Below, one piece after another: positions 13,914 to 25,740 of a stretch of DNA of 64,000 bases (positions are counted from its first letter, which is position 1; each line of letters opens with the position of its first letter). Source of the stretch: Octopus vulgaris (taxonomy: Eukaryota); NCBI GenBank assembly GCA_951406725.2, contig OX597820.1, positions 4,278,001 through 4,342,000 of the forward strand. The letters are read 5' to 3'. Made by a program: the position numbers and the translations under genes. Below the pieces are notes generated by a model, which saw only the letters and a list, made by a program, of their open reading frames with translations, had not been told where the DNA came from and did not search any database.

Positions 13914-14971
13914 GATGGGCTTCTTTCAGTTTTCGTCTACCAAATCCACTCACAATGCATTGGTTGGCCCGAGGCTATAATAGAAGACACTTGCCCAAGT
14001 TGCCACGCAGTGAGACCGAACCCAGAACCAAGTGGTTGGTAAGCAAGTTACTTACCACACAGCCACTTCTGCACCTCATTTACTTTATTCATCAAATTAC
14101 AACAAAAGCAACCAAGCATTCTACCTGCAGCCACCTTTGCACCACCTGAAGCCTACCTTTCTTGTAGCTCTTTGATCCTATGCTGGTAATTAGTTCTTGT
14201 GCTTTGAGACAAAGAACTCCTTCACTGGAGCTTCCACCTCCTTTTGGTTAACAAAGTGTCTTGAGTACAGGAAGTGAGTCATGGATTGGAATAGACAATA
14301 ATCTGAGGGGGTAATAATCTGGAACAAATAATAATCCACAATCCTCACATGGATATGTTGTGATTTAGTAAGGGCCAACGACCGGAGCCTGGGCATTCCG
14401 AACACATGGTAGTGCTCTACGCCTGGTGGAATTATGAGGAGACAATTCCCTATGAGTTTGTTGCAGATGGTCAAACCATCAATGCCGACTAGAGGCCCTT
14501 GTGCTCTGAACGGCTGGAGCAGATGTATGCCACTGGTGTGGCAAAAATACCTGGCATTGGTTGAGAGAAAGGGAACTCTTCTGCAGCAAGACAGCGCTTG
14601 ACTTCATATCACTTGAATAATCTGGAATCAATTCCAGGAATTTGAGGGAATTGAATTGATGCCACATCCAGTATATAGTCTGGATCTAGAGATCCCTTGG
14701 ATTATTACTTTGTTCCTATCCATGGCCCACTTCCAGTGCTCTCAACACTTATCAAGCAAGAAGAGGTGGAAATTCCAGTAAAGGACTTCACCTTCTCCTC
14801 AAAGGACAAGAACTGCTATCAGCATTGGTTGAAACAAATGGCTGGAAGATGGCTTCGGATGATGCAACATGATGGCCCCTACTTTGAAAGCTTGGCTGCT
14901 TTTCTTGTAACTTGAGGAATAAAAGCAGCCAACTTACCAAAATATTGCAAACCTTTTGACTCAACACAGTA
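13628..14971. mobile_element. mariner-derived element built from two inverted transposase 3' ends, with a SINE inserted at ~13667-14075
   Basis: Degenerate TIRs TATTATGTTGGGTCCAAAGTTTTGCATTATTTTG / CAAAATATTGCAAACCTTTTGACTCAACACAGTA. + strand WWNYEE...LLQQDSA...IELMPHPVYSLDL..DYY; - strand PSDYCLFQSMTHFL...EVEAPVKEFFVSK. Confidence 0.7.
13667..14075 (-). mobile_element. Abundant tRNA-derived SINE (other copies ~775-1070, 6255-6545, 9010-9325, 12740-13115, 15110-15445, 17745-18100, 28655-28970, 39805-40230)
   Basis: Shared consensus GGCTGTGTGGTAAG...GGTTCAGTCCCACTGC.TGGCACCTTGGGCAAGTGTCTTCT...(TA)n...GAAACAAGTAAAAGA. Confidence 0.85.
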
Positions 14972-15538
14972 TTAACATTTATATAGTCGTTTGAAAGTTA
15001 CACTCCTCTGTTGAAGTCTAAAATTAGGCAACCAAGAGCAAAAACAGGTTCTTGAAGCAATGACAAACATTCAGTTAATCAAATACTCATTATTTTCCCA
15101 TGATATAACAGGTGCAGACCTGGCTGTGAAACTTTCTTCCCAATCACATGGTTCCAAGTTCAGTCCCACTGCATGGCACCTTGGGCAAATGTCTTCTGCT
15201 AGAGCCTCAGGCTGACAAAGGCCTTGTCAGTGGATTTGGTAGACGGAAACTGAAAGAAGCCTGTTGTATATATATATATATATATGTTTGTATGTGTTTG
15301 TCCCTCCACTATTGCTTGACAACCAATGTTAGTGTGTTTAAGTTCACATAACTTAGCAGTTCAGCAAAAGACTCTTATAGAATAAGTACTAGTCTTACAA
15401 AGAGTAAGACCTGAGGTTGATTAGTTTGACTGAAACAAGAGTATATATATATTTCCTTCTGGTCATTTCAATATGTGACCGCGTGTGTATCATTGGCAAT
15501 GTTCTTTCTCCGTCTTCCCTTCTTTGAACTTTTTCTAT

Positions 15539-15574
15539 ATTTCTGATGAAGAGCTTCCACTCGAAACATGAAAT
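15539..15574 (+). ncRNA. Degenerate minimal type-I hammerhead motif in a PLE-type terminal repeat (~15455-15670)
   Basis: ATTT-CTGATGA-A-GAG(CTTCCA)CTC-GAAAC-ATG-AAAT; stem III and cleavage triplet mutated; homologous to 52637-52671. Confidence 0.55.
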
Positions 15575-15939
15575 CCATTTTTCTTTCCTTTCCTGAGTGT
15601 CAAATAACACTGTACCTATTCCATGTCCTTGCGTTGTTTTTTCTTGCTTGTTCATGTTTGGATTGACTATATATATATATCCCCTCCTCTCTGTTTTAAC
15701 ATCAATTTTTATATGCTTGCATGGGTCAGATGGAATCTGTTGGGACTGAATTTGTAAGGCCAGGTGCCCTGCCCATTGTTACCTTTCATCTATATCCTTA
15801 TAGTTGGGAATGTTTTCACGAAAGGTTGAAAACTAGCACGACTTGTCTGGTGATGAAATATTCTTTTCCCTTGACAATTATCTTGAAGGCACAAACACAA
15901 ACTCACACATACACACAGGAAATAGATTTTCTCAAATGC

Positions 15940-16250
15940 CCAGAAGTGTAGCTAGAAGTGGTGAACAGTTTCCGTTAGCTGGATGACCTCATCATCAGTG
16001 GCAGAGTGTATTTTGAAACTATTGTCTCTAGAGAATGAAAAGACAGGAGAAAATCCAGGGAGCCATTAGCTCTGCTTCTTTCTCAGTGTAAAAGGCAGAT
16101 TGTATGATGCTTGTGTAGAAACAGCAATGTTACGTGGTAATCAAATGGTTCTGAATGTAGAGGACTTGTGCAAACTCGACAAAAATGAAGCAAGCATCCT
16201 CCACTGGACGTACAATTTCTATAAGTATGAATGATGGAGTACAAATAGGA
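15940..16250 (+). mobile_element. Degenerate RTE LINE fragment (post-RT region)
   Basis: Similar to 35790-36070 (EVV.SF...[14 protein letters not shown]). Confidence 0.65.
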
Positions 16251-16399
16251 ACTTCTAAGCCTCTTTCTTTTCCCTGTTTGTAAGAGGACCTTCATCGCCC
16301 CAGACACACTTTTCCCCAACATCCTCATTTTCACTCACACAATGTCTTGTAATCTGAAATACCTTGTGTCCCTACATATTAAAAACATTAGCAAACTTA

Positions 16400-17230
16400 T
16401 TCCTCAGAATTTCCTCACCTGCTAGAAATACTTGGTACTGATCTCAACTGTCCCCTTTTAGTTTTAAGGGCTCCATTTACAGAGCAATTCCTCCACCATG
16501 TCATCCTCTTCTTCCCCAGCCACAAGTTGGGTCTGCTGCTCTCAATAGGCTTTTCTGCAAAAATTCTCAGTTGTCCCCTAAATTGTTATTTTCTGGCCCC
16601 TCTTCTATCTTGTTAGTGTTCTAACCCAGTTGCTGGTTGTTTGCTCCCTCATTTTCCATGTCCTCCTTCTCCAGGTTATCTTTTGTCTGTGTCCATCCAG
16701 CTCTTACTCTGAAGTCACTAACCACAAGTCTAGGTTGGTTGGGACACACTCAACAAGGAATAGAATTAGCATTTACAACCAAGTGTCAGTCCCTTTCTCT
16801 GGCAAGAATGAAGTCAATCTGGTCAGTTTCTTAAAGTTGCTGTTGCAGATGGTGATGTAACTTGCATCACAGAACTTCAGGTTGATCCCTCCTCACTTCG
16901 CTTCTATTAATTCCACCAAAACTCTCACAATATTGTCCAACATGTCCATTAAAACCATTGGCCGCGATAATGAAGCTGCTGTCATTGATTTTGGGGGGTG
17001 ATTTGTAGAAGAGTCTTACAAAAGTGGTCCTTCTGTCTATCTGCCAGCTTTCTCTGTGGTGCTTTAAATAGTGACAAGTACCATTGTTGTGTTGTCAGAG
17101 ACTAGCTAAGATTTAACGAACCTACTGCATACATTGATCACTCCAGTTACCTTACCTGTCTATTTCTTTGCTAGTGATATACATACTTTGCTCACTCCAT
17201 CATTGGAACCCATTCAGAAGAATTTGAATC
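16400..17230 (-). mobile_element. Degenerate RTE LINE, endonuclease-proximal fragment
   Basis: Minus-strand QIDFILAR...LVVNAN...ECV, resembling the APE C-terminal QIDYIL...EEC..QHRLVV region; many disablements. Confidence 0.5.
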
Positions 17231-17375
17231 TTTGTCCCTTGCTAGTGAGTAATCTGAAGCCATGTTCCATCTTGCTTTTTTGCACACAACACACATCCAC
17301 TCACCTATGTTCTGGCTTTTTCACATTCTCACCTGATCTATCTTTCATTATAATATACCAATATCTTAACCACAA

Positions 17376-17706
17376 CTGGCGTCCGTGCCGGTGGCACGTA
17401 AAAGGGCACCATTCGAGCGTGATCATTACCAACGTCGCCTTACTGGCACCTGTGCCGGTGGCATGTGTAAAAAGATTCGAGCAAGGTCATTGCCAGTACC
17501 ACCTGACTGGCCCCCTTGCCGGTGGCACATAAAACGCACCCACTACACTCTTGGAGTGGTTGGCGTTAGGATGGGCATCCAACTGTAGAAACTCTGCCAG
17601 ATCAAGATTGGAGCCTGGTGCAGCCATCTGGTTCGCCAGCCCTCAATCAAATCGTCCAACCCATGCTAGCATGGAAAGCGGACGTTAAACGATGATGATG
17701 ATGATG
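17376..17706 (+). mobile_element. RTE 3'-end copy with (GAT)n tail
   Basis: 60-67-bp GTGCCGGTGGCAC...AAAAGCACC units, then the conserved 3' end and (GAT)n. Confidence 0.85.
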
Positions 17707-18534
17707 ACAGCCATATCTGCATATAAGTTTGTGTGTGTGTCGGGATGGCTGTGTGGGTAAGAAGTTTACTCCACAATTACATGGTTTCAGATTCATTACC
17801 ACTGTGCAGTAAAATGGGTAAGTCTTCTACTGTAGCCCCCACCCAACCAATGCTCTGTGTGTGTGTGTGTGTGTGTGTGTAAATATACTTACATACATAA
17901 GCATGTATGTGTTTGTCCAGCTATTGCTTGACATCTGATGTTGGTTGGTTTATGTCAGCCTAAGTGGTTTGACAAAGAGAGACTGACAGAACAAGCGCTA
18001 GACTTAGCATAAGTGCTGCGGTTGATTTATTGAACTAAACCCATCAGAGTGATGCCCCAGCATGGCCACAGTCCAATGACGGAAACAAGTAGAAATAAAA
18101 TACATATATCCAAGGGTGAGTCAATTATACACAAACTTATAAATTTTTTGGAATGGCGGGAAAATTAGTCACTTGTCTATCACTAGACATGGTCTAACTA
18201 CTGTTCACTGAACTGTGTCTTTCAACTTGAAATGTCAATTAAGATTTTTATTTTTAACTTAAACACAGCAGCTCTTAAGTCTGTTTGTTTCCAAAGTAAA
18301 GTAACATTCTCGTTTTTTTTTTTCTTTTCCTGTAATTTATTACAAGAATAGAAATCTTAAAGGCGTGACTATATTAATTTTCAACACACACACTCCATTT
18401 TTTCACAAGTTTCTTATACCTTCACAATCTCCAATATTTGAAATTTTAGTTTCTGGAAGATTCTGATAGTGCAAATAGATGTGACTAGACAAGCACTTTT
18501 GGGCAACAACATCTTACAAAAAGGAGTCAAATCA

Positions 18535-19143
18535 CATCATCATCATCATCGTTTAACGTCCGTTCTCCATGCTAGCATGGGTTGGACGGTTTGACCGGGG
18601 ATCTGGGAAGCCAGAAGGCTGCACCAGGCTCCAGTCTTATCTGGCAGTGTTTCTACAGCTGGATGCCCTTCCTAACGCCAACCACTCCGTGAGTGTAGTG
18701 GGTGCTTTTTACGTGCCACCTGCACAGGTGCCAGGCGAGGCTGGCAACGGCCACGGTCGGATTGGTGTATTTTATGTGCCACCGGCACGGAAGCCAGACG
18801 AGGCGGTGCTGGCATCGGCCACGAGTCGGATGGTGCTTTTTACGTACAATCAAATGGAAATTGTAGTTGGGGCCATTACCAGTGCTGGTGGCACATGATA
18901 AGCACCATTCACGCATGGATTGCTGCCAGAGCCACCTGACTGGCTCCCCATGCTGGTGGCATGTAAAAAGCACCCACTACACTCTCGGAGTGGTTGGCGT
19001 TAGGAAGGGCAGCTGAAGAAACATTGCCAGATCAGACTGGAGACTGGTGTGGCCTCCTGACTTGCCAGTCCCCAATCAAACTGTCCAACCCATGCCAGCA
19101 TGGAAAATGGACATTAAACAATGAGGATGATGATGATGATGAG
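18535..19143. mobile_element. Inverted pair of RTE 3'-end copies (minus 18535-18850, plus 18878-19143)
   Basis: (CAT)n-led minus copy and (GAT)n-ended plus copy, head to head. Confidence 0.85.
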
Positions 19144-19529
19144 TCTCTGATTTGCAATCCTTAGCTTGGCATGCAGCATGTTGAGTAAGACAGGTCAGGC
19201 ATGGGTGCATGCACTGTTGCATCCACCATTTGTCAGTATTTGCTTAGGTTGTCCCTGGTAACCGTTTGAGGAGTGTCCCAGTCAGTCCCCATCTCGGAAG
19301 GATACTTTCTCATCTGTCATGACCATGTGACCCGTGGTCTCAGCCAACACAAACTGAGATCGTCAAAGTGAGATCCTCAGAGATGAGAACATGATCCACA
19401 GGATTCAACTGGGAAAAACCAAGCACCATGGCCAAACAGCCTGAACTGACACTCCTAAATCAAACACGTAACAGGATGTAACACATTTTGTAAGTATAGT
19501 TGTTGGTTAGATACAAAATCTAACCATGG

Positions 19530-20760
19530 CACTCCCATCATTGGTTCTTGTCAAATCCGAAATACAGACAACATCATGTTTTCTGTTGTTGGTTGAGTTT
19601 TCAACTTTTTTCCCGATGAGCAAATGTTGGCATTTCCAATCCCTTTCCCAGTAATGTATCCGGGTTTTTATCATCAGTCATGGCTTTTGTTTTCCTCCAA
19701 TCATCCAAAAGTCATTGAAAGATTTCAAAACAATTTTATTTTGGCAATTCTGGGTTGTTTCGGGACTAATCTAGCACAAACTTTACGAAAGACGAATCTG
19801 TTACGAATGATTTTACAGACGAAACCAAAACTAATTTGAATATTTGCCAATGAAGTGACATAGCCTAGTGGTTAGAGTTTTGGGTCCGTAATCATTAGGC
19901 TGTGGGCTTCATTTCATGAGTCAAGTCTTTAACCATTCAGCATTTAAACTGGCCATATCTGGCCAAAGTATCCTATTTGTCTTATGTCCAAACCAGCCAG
20001 ATCTGGCCTCTTACACCAACCCAATGATCTCATTCTAAACAATTACATCACTGAAATCCCAAAGCTAAGAGATAATGCAGGATTAATCCATCATCATCAT
20101 CGTTTAACGTCCGTTTTCCATGCTAGCATGGGTTGGACGGTTCAACCGGGGTCTGGGAAGCCAGGAGGCTGCACCAGGCTCCAGTCTGATTTGGCAGTGT
20201 TTCTACAACTGGATGCCCTTCCTAATGCCAACCACTCCGTGAGTATAGTGGGTGCCTTTTACGTGCCACCGGCACAGGTGCCAGGGGAGGCTGGCAACGG
20301 CCACGATCAATTGGTGCTTTTTACATATTTGTCCAACCCATGCTAGCATGGAAAGCGGATGTTAAACGATGATGATGATGATGATATATCTAAATGGTCA
20401 AACAAGGTACTTTGCATTACTCCAGGTGATTCAGCTGAAATGCATAACAGCTGAGTTTGGTGCCACTCTCTCTCTTTCCCCGGTTATCATATTCTGGGTA
20501 TTCCACAGGGTCACAGGCTGTCTGTCTGCTCATTGACATCTAAAATCATGAGCAGAGACAGGCACCCTCATGGCACATGCTACCTAGTCACACTTGCAAC
20601 CTTCGGGTAAGGTGTAATCAATAATCACTCACCTGTTCAACAACAGAACTATGTCACACGTCTGTTCAATGTTGTCGATATTGCTGTGGCTAGGTGTTGG
20701 CTCCTTCTTGACGTACACGACTTGTGTAACTACCTCTGACATTTCCAACCCATTCCTAAT
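19530..20760 (-). mobile_element. mariner transposase remnant interrupted by a MITE and RTE tails
   Basis: Minus-strand patches NIEQTCDIVLLLNR (cf. NIE...VL.NRRVT), FRKVCARLVPK (cf. KVCARWVP), MTDDKTRIH (cf. VTGDETWVH), KKLKTQPTTENMMLSVF (cf. KKFKTQPSAGKVMLTVFW). Confidence 0.7.
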
Positions 20761-21126
20761 CAGTTTGTAACAAAACAAAAAAAAAACCCCCCCAAAAAAC
20801 GCTGTTCCCATTACTGTACTGGAAGCTTTTGATCAACTTTGACCCCTAAATCATCTTCAATCTATGCAACATAGATCACTAAACGCTGCTTTTGTTTGTG
20901 GCCAGCATAAAGTGGAGTGGTTGAGGTTAACGTAAGGATAGTTTGACAAATCAATTGAAACTACTTTCATCTTTACAGAAAGAGACCACACCTAGTGATG
21001 TGTGTGTGTGTAGAACTTCAACAAGCATTACAAAATTATAATTGTAAGTGTATTGCAGATGATTAATGAACCCACCCTTCTATAAAAATATCTACCTTTC
21101 TATCTAGATGTTTGTGTGTACATATA

Positions 21127-21508
21127 TCTTTATATATAAAAGTGTGGTTGTGTGCTGTCTGTCTCCTACGATTTAGATTCCTAACTACTCCCACATTTTG
21201 CGGTGCAGTTTAACCAAAGCCGGGTATCTTATCGTCATTCATATCGAACCCTTCTGGGTATTAGCGCACGTCTACGATTTTAAAATAAATTTACTATCAA
21301 TTTTTCCCATTTTTAATGCATTTTTGGCATATATAAGGGAAGTAACTCTCTAAAAATTTATTATTAAATCTCAGAACATAAAAAGCTACAGTAACACACA
21401 CCCTTTGTGGTTAGCCATATTGAGATGGCTGTTATACTTTACATCTCTAAACATGCTTATATAGTTATTTCCCTTACAAACCCGAGCAACACCGGGCGAT
21501 ACTGCTAG
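21127..21508 (+). mobile_element. Non-autonomous Helitron (~380 bp)
   Basis: A|TCTTTATATATAAAA 5' end; 3' hairpin CCCG-AGCAACAC-CGGG then CTAG|T; inserted at AT with no TSD. Confidence 0.8.
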
Positions 21509-21606
21509 TATACTACTAATATAGGATGAAGTATATTTACAGAAAAAAATTTCATCAAAAAAGTAGCAGCATATTAAAATACCTTTAAAGGTTAAAATTA
21601 TAAACC

Positions 21607-21828
21607 ACTTATAAACAAGGGCAAAAGAAAATTATTCCCATGCCAATATGCTGATAACAGACTTTTAAATCGTCAATTTCCACATATTATTATATACACC
21701 CACTACAGAAATACGTTGTGCTGTATTTCTGTAGTAGGTATATAATAATATGTGGAAATTGACGATTTAAAAGTCTGTTATCAGCATATTGGCATGGGAA
21801 TAATTTTCTTTTACCCTTGTTTATAAGT
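21607..21828. repeat. Near-perfect palindrome, ~107-bp arms, 8-nt loop
   Basis: 21607-21714 is the reverse complement of 21723-21828 apart from one mismatch and one small bulge. Confidence 0.95.
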
Positions 21829-21830
21829 TG

Positions 21831-21870
<40 letters not shown>

Positions 21871-21921
21871 CCTGTCCAACCCGTGCTAGCGCGGAAAACG
21901 GATGTTAAACGATGATGATGA

Positions 21922-21955
<34 letters not shown>

Positions 21956-22189
21956 TCATCATCGTTTAACGTCCATTCTCCATGCTAGCATGGGTTGGAC
22001 GGTTTGACCAGGAATCTGGGAAGCCAGAAGGCTGCACCAGGATCCGGTCTTATCTGGCAATGTTTCAACAGCTGGATGCCCTTCCTAACGCCAACCACTC
22101 TGTGAGTGTAGTGGGTGGTTTTTACGTGCCACCTGCACTGGTGCCAGGCGAGGCTGGCATCGGCCACGGTCGGATTGGTGCATTTTACG

Positions 22190-22220
<31 letters not shown>

Positions 22221-22299
22221 ACATTTTACGTATATATATATATATATATATACCATCATCATTTTTGACATCCATTTTCCACACTGGTATGAATTACAT

Positions 22300-22640
22300 T
22301 AAATGGGATAAAAGGGCAAAGACCCCTTTCAGCCATAAATGGCCATGGGATTGCACCTAGAAAGTTCCTCCCCAAGGCATGAATCTGGGCAAATTTCTTT
22401 CTGGAAGAGCAGCAGTTAGCCATGCATGCCGGCCTCCCCTCTCCATGCCACTGATGTTATTGGCCGATGCACCTTGGCACCAGTGACATTGCAACTCATT
22501 CTTGCCAGCTGAGAGAACTGGAGCAACATGAAATAAGGCATCTTGCTCAAGAACACAACACGCAGCCCAGGCCGGGAATTGAACTCACTACCTCATGATT
22601 GTGAGCCCGATGCTCTAACCATTGAGCCATGTACCTTCAC
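22300..22640 (-). mobile_element. tRNA-derived SINE
   Basis: Minus strand: TGGCTCAATGG (A box), GAGTTCAATTCCC (B box), then GTGTTCTTGAGCAAG central motif. Confidence 0.7.
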
Positions 22641-23966
22641 ATCTCACATCAAATGGGGTAAAGCCATTGAAATTACTCAACTGTTTCTTTAGAGACATTC
22701 ATACACACACACACGTTTAATGTCTGTTCCCCATGCTGTCGTAAGTTGGATGGTTTGACAAAATCCCAGTTGGTTTATAAATATATGGTGGAAGATGGCA
22801 GAACAAAGATAAACACAACATATGAATATATACTGTCTTATTTTTAATTGACCTTTTTAACTTTCTGCTCATTAAAAATACAGTGTGTGTGTGTGTGTGT
22901 GTTACACTTCAAGAAGAAACATTTTGACAGTAACTTTGAAGTTTTGGTGAGCTAAGCCATCATTGGATTATCACTGAAACTTTGGTCAAATAGCATTCTT
23001 GTTAAAGAATAATAAATTTGTACTCTACAAAAGTACAGAGAACCCCTTCAGAGGTTAATGTAAGATTGCTCTCATTACTATAACAGAACATAAAACCAAT
23101 GTGCACACTCACACACACACCGTATATGGGTTTCCTTTCAGTCTCTGCTGACCAATTCCACTCACAAAGCATAAGTCAGTCTGAGGTTATCGCAAAAGAA
23201 AACTTGCCTAAGATGCCATGTGAATCCAAAACCACATATTTGAAAAGCCAACTTCATAACCACAAAACCATACCCGAACCTTCACCTCCTCTCTTTCTGT
23301 GGCCCAGCGGTTAAGGTGTTGAGATCACAAATGCCATGGATTCAATTCCTGGAACAGGTACTGCATTATGTCTTTGAGCAAGGCACATCATCATCATTTA
23401 ACGTCCGCTTTCCATGCTAGCATGGGCTGGACGGTTTGACCGGGGTCTGGGAAGCCAGGAGGCTGCACCAGGCAGTGTTTCTACAGCTGGATGCCCTTCC
23501 TAAAGCCAACCACTTCATGAGTGTAGTGGGTGCTTTTTACGTGCCACCGGCACTGGTACCAGGCGAGGCTGGCAACGGCCATGATCAGTTGGTGTTTTTT
23601 ATGTGCCACTGGCACGGAAGCCAGTCAAGGCGGCGCTGGCATCGGCCACGATTGTTTGGTGCTTTTTATGTACCACCGGCACACGGATCACAACTACAAT
23701 TTCCATTTCATATTACTTCCAGCTGATCAGCTGAATAGAATTACCAGTCAACTGTTGGTGCAGCTCCCCACCCTCACCCAGCTGTCGCATCCTCAATGTT
23801 CCACTGGGTTAAAGGTGGGAGGACCTAGAAGGAGTCTGTGCCTGTTTGTCTCTATAAAACACTTAAATACAAATAGTGAAATGTGGTACAAGGTACCAAG
23901 TCATACCAGCAAGTGACAGCTAGACACGTTTTATATAAATATAGTCACTTACACACACACACATAC

Positions 23967-24016
<50 letters not shown>

Positions 24017-24333
24017 GAGTGGCCGTGTGGTAAGATTGTTTCCCAACCACATGGTTCCTGGTTCAGTCCTGCTGTGTGGTACCTTGGGCAATTGGAGTTG
24101 GTAGATGGAAACTGAAAGAAGCCTGTCGTAACCCATGCTAGCATGGAAAACGGACGCTAAACGACGATGATGATGATGATGATATGTGTGTGTGTGTTTG
24201 TCCCTGTCACTTAGCAGTTCGGCAAAAGAGACCGATAGAATAAGAACCTTGAGCAGAAACTCTGAACAATTCCTTTGTGTTTCCATTGTTTACAATGGTT
24301 GCACTGTCTGCAATTTCTCCTTACTTCTTTTGT

Positions 24334-24710
24334 GGAGGCGCAATGGCCCAGTGGTTAGGGCAGTGGACTCGTGGTTGTAGGATCGCGGTTTCAATTCCCA
24401 GACCAGATGTTGTGTTTATTGATCGAAAACACCAAAGCTCTACAAGGCTTTGGCAGGGGGAGGGGTGACCCTTGCTGTATTCTTTCACCACAACTTTCTC
24501 TCACTCTTTCTTCCTGTTTCTGTTGTACCTGTATTTCAAAGGGGTCAGCCTTGTCACACTCTGTGTCACGCTGAATCTCCCTGAGAACTATGTTAAGGGT
24601 ACACGGGTCTTGTGGAGGGCTCAGCCAATTGCACGTTGATTTCACGAGCAGACTGTTCCATTGACTGGATCAACTGGAACTCTTGTCTTCATAACCAACA
24701 GAGTGCCAAA
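24334..24710 (+). mobile_element. tRNA-derived SINE (same family as 37500-37885)
   Basis: TGGCCCAGTGG A box and GGTTTCAATTCC B box; colinear with the reverse complement of 37500-37885. Confidence 0.8.
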
Positions 24711-24899
24711 ATGACTTCTTTTGTACATATTGAGTTTGGTCACTTGAATGAAGGCATCAGGACTCTTCTTCACCAAATAAACTACAAGACTGGAAAAGAA
24801 CAGAAAAAAGCCCCCTTGACAAAGCGGAGGGGGGGATAATATTTGAAAGGTCAGGGTGGTTTTATGCCAGACGTTGAGAGGCTAAAGTACAGTCTTTTT

Positions 24900-25740
24900 C
24901 GCTGCTAAATAAAATTTCAGTCTTTGTAAGATATTCTTTAAAGCTTCTCCATTCTAGGTTTCTCTTCCATGTTTGGAAATTCTTCTGTAAACATTTTATT
25001 GATTTATTTGAGAATTAGATCATGAGCATATACGAATTCCCAAGTACCAATCTTAAACTCATCTGTTATGACCTGGAGAACCACAACATATTTGGTCAAG
25101 AACTATGCACTAATGTACACCAATTTGTACAATATCATGGCCTCTCTGTACAAACTACAAAGTATGGAACTTTTGCTGAAGGCCATCCCTAGTTTGACAA
25201 AAGCCAGGTAAGGTGACTCACCTCCAGCTAAGTACTTCTACAGTTGTCTCACCGGTAAGAGGACATTGGTAATAGCTCACCCTGCAACAAACCTGAACTG
25301 CATCTCGTATCAGCTAATTCTCTTTCTCATCAATAGTCTTATAATTTTTTCATTAACTGTCTTAACCTGGTCCATCAATTCTATGCCTTTTCTTTTGTTG
25401 CCTTTCTCTAGAGTATCTCCTTAGTCTCTGTACCAGCTGATGACAATACTGGCTGGCTCCCTGAGTCAGCACCATATCTCACCAGGTATTTTGAACAGCA
25501 ACCATCTCTGATGCCCCGGCTCTCTTCCTTCCTTACATATCTCGTACCTCCAGCCACCAGTCACTAGAATATTCATTCTGGTAATGGAGTCTTTCGACTT
25601 GCCCAAGACAACGATATGGCACAGCTAGGGCAGTGCTTGGGAAACCAACATGGAAACGTCCAGATTGGTTTAATTGTCAGGATGGCCCTCTTGTTCTACT
25701 GTTGTAGCAACAAACTTGACAGAAATGCTTCCAGACTCAC
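24900..25740 (-). mobile_element. Degenerate RTE LINE RT fragment
   Basis: Minus-strand GIELMDQVK...EMQFRFVAG...VRQL*KYLA...YLAFV, homologous to the RT at 35030-35170. Confidence 0.7.

Noticed and set aside
20629-20760. Exon-like segment with a perfect CAG|GTGAGT donor on the minus strand
   Set aside because: Translation resembles the mariner N-terminal region and is colinear with transposase remnants at 19530-19800; no ELOVL similarity.
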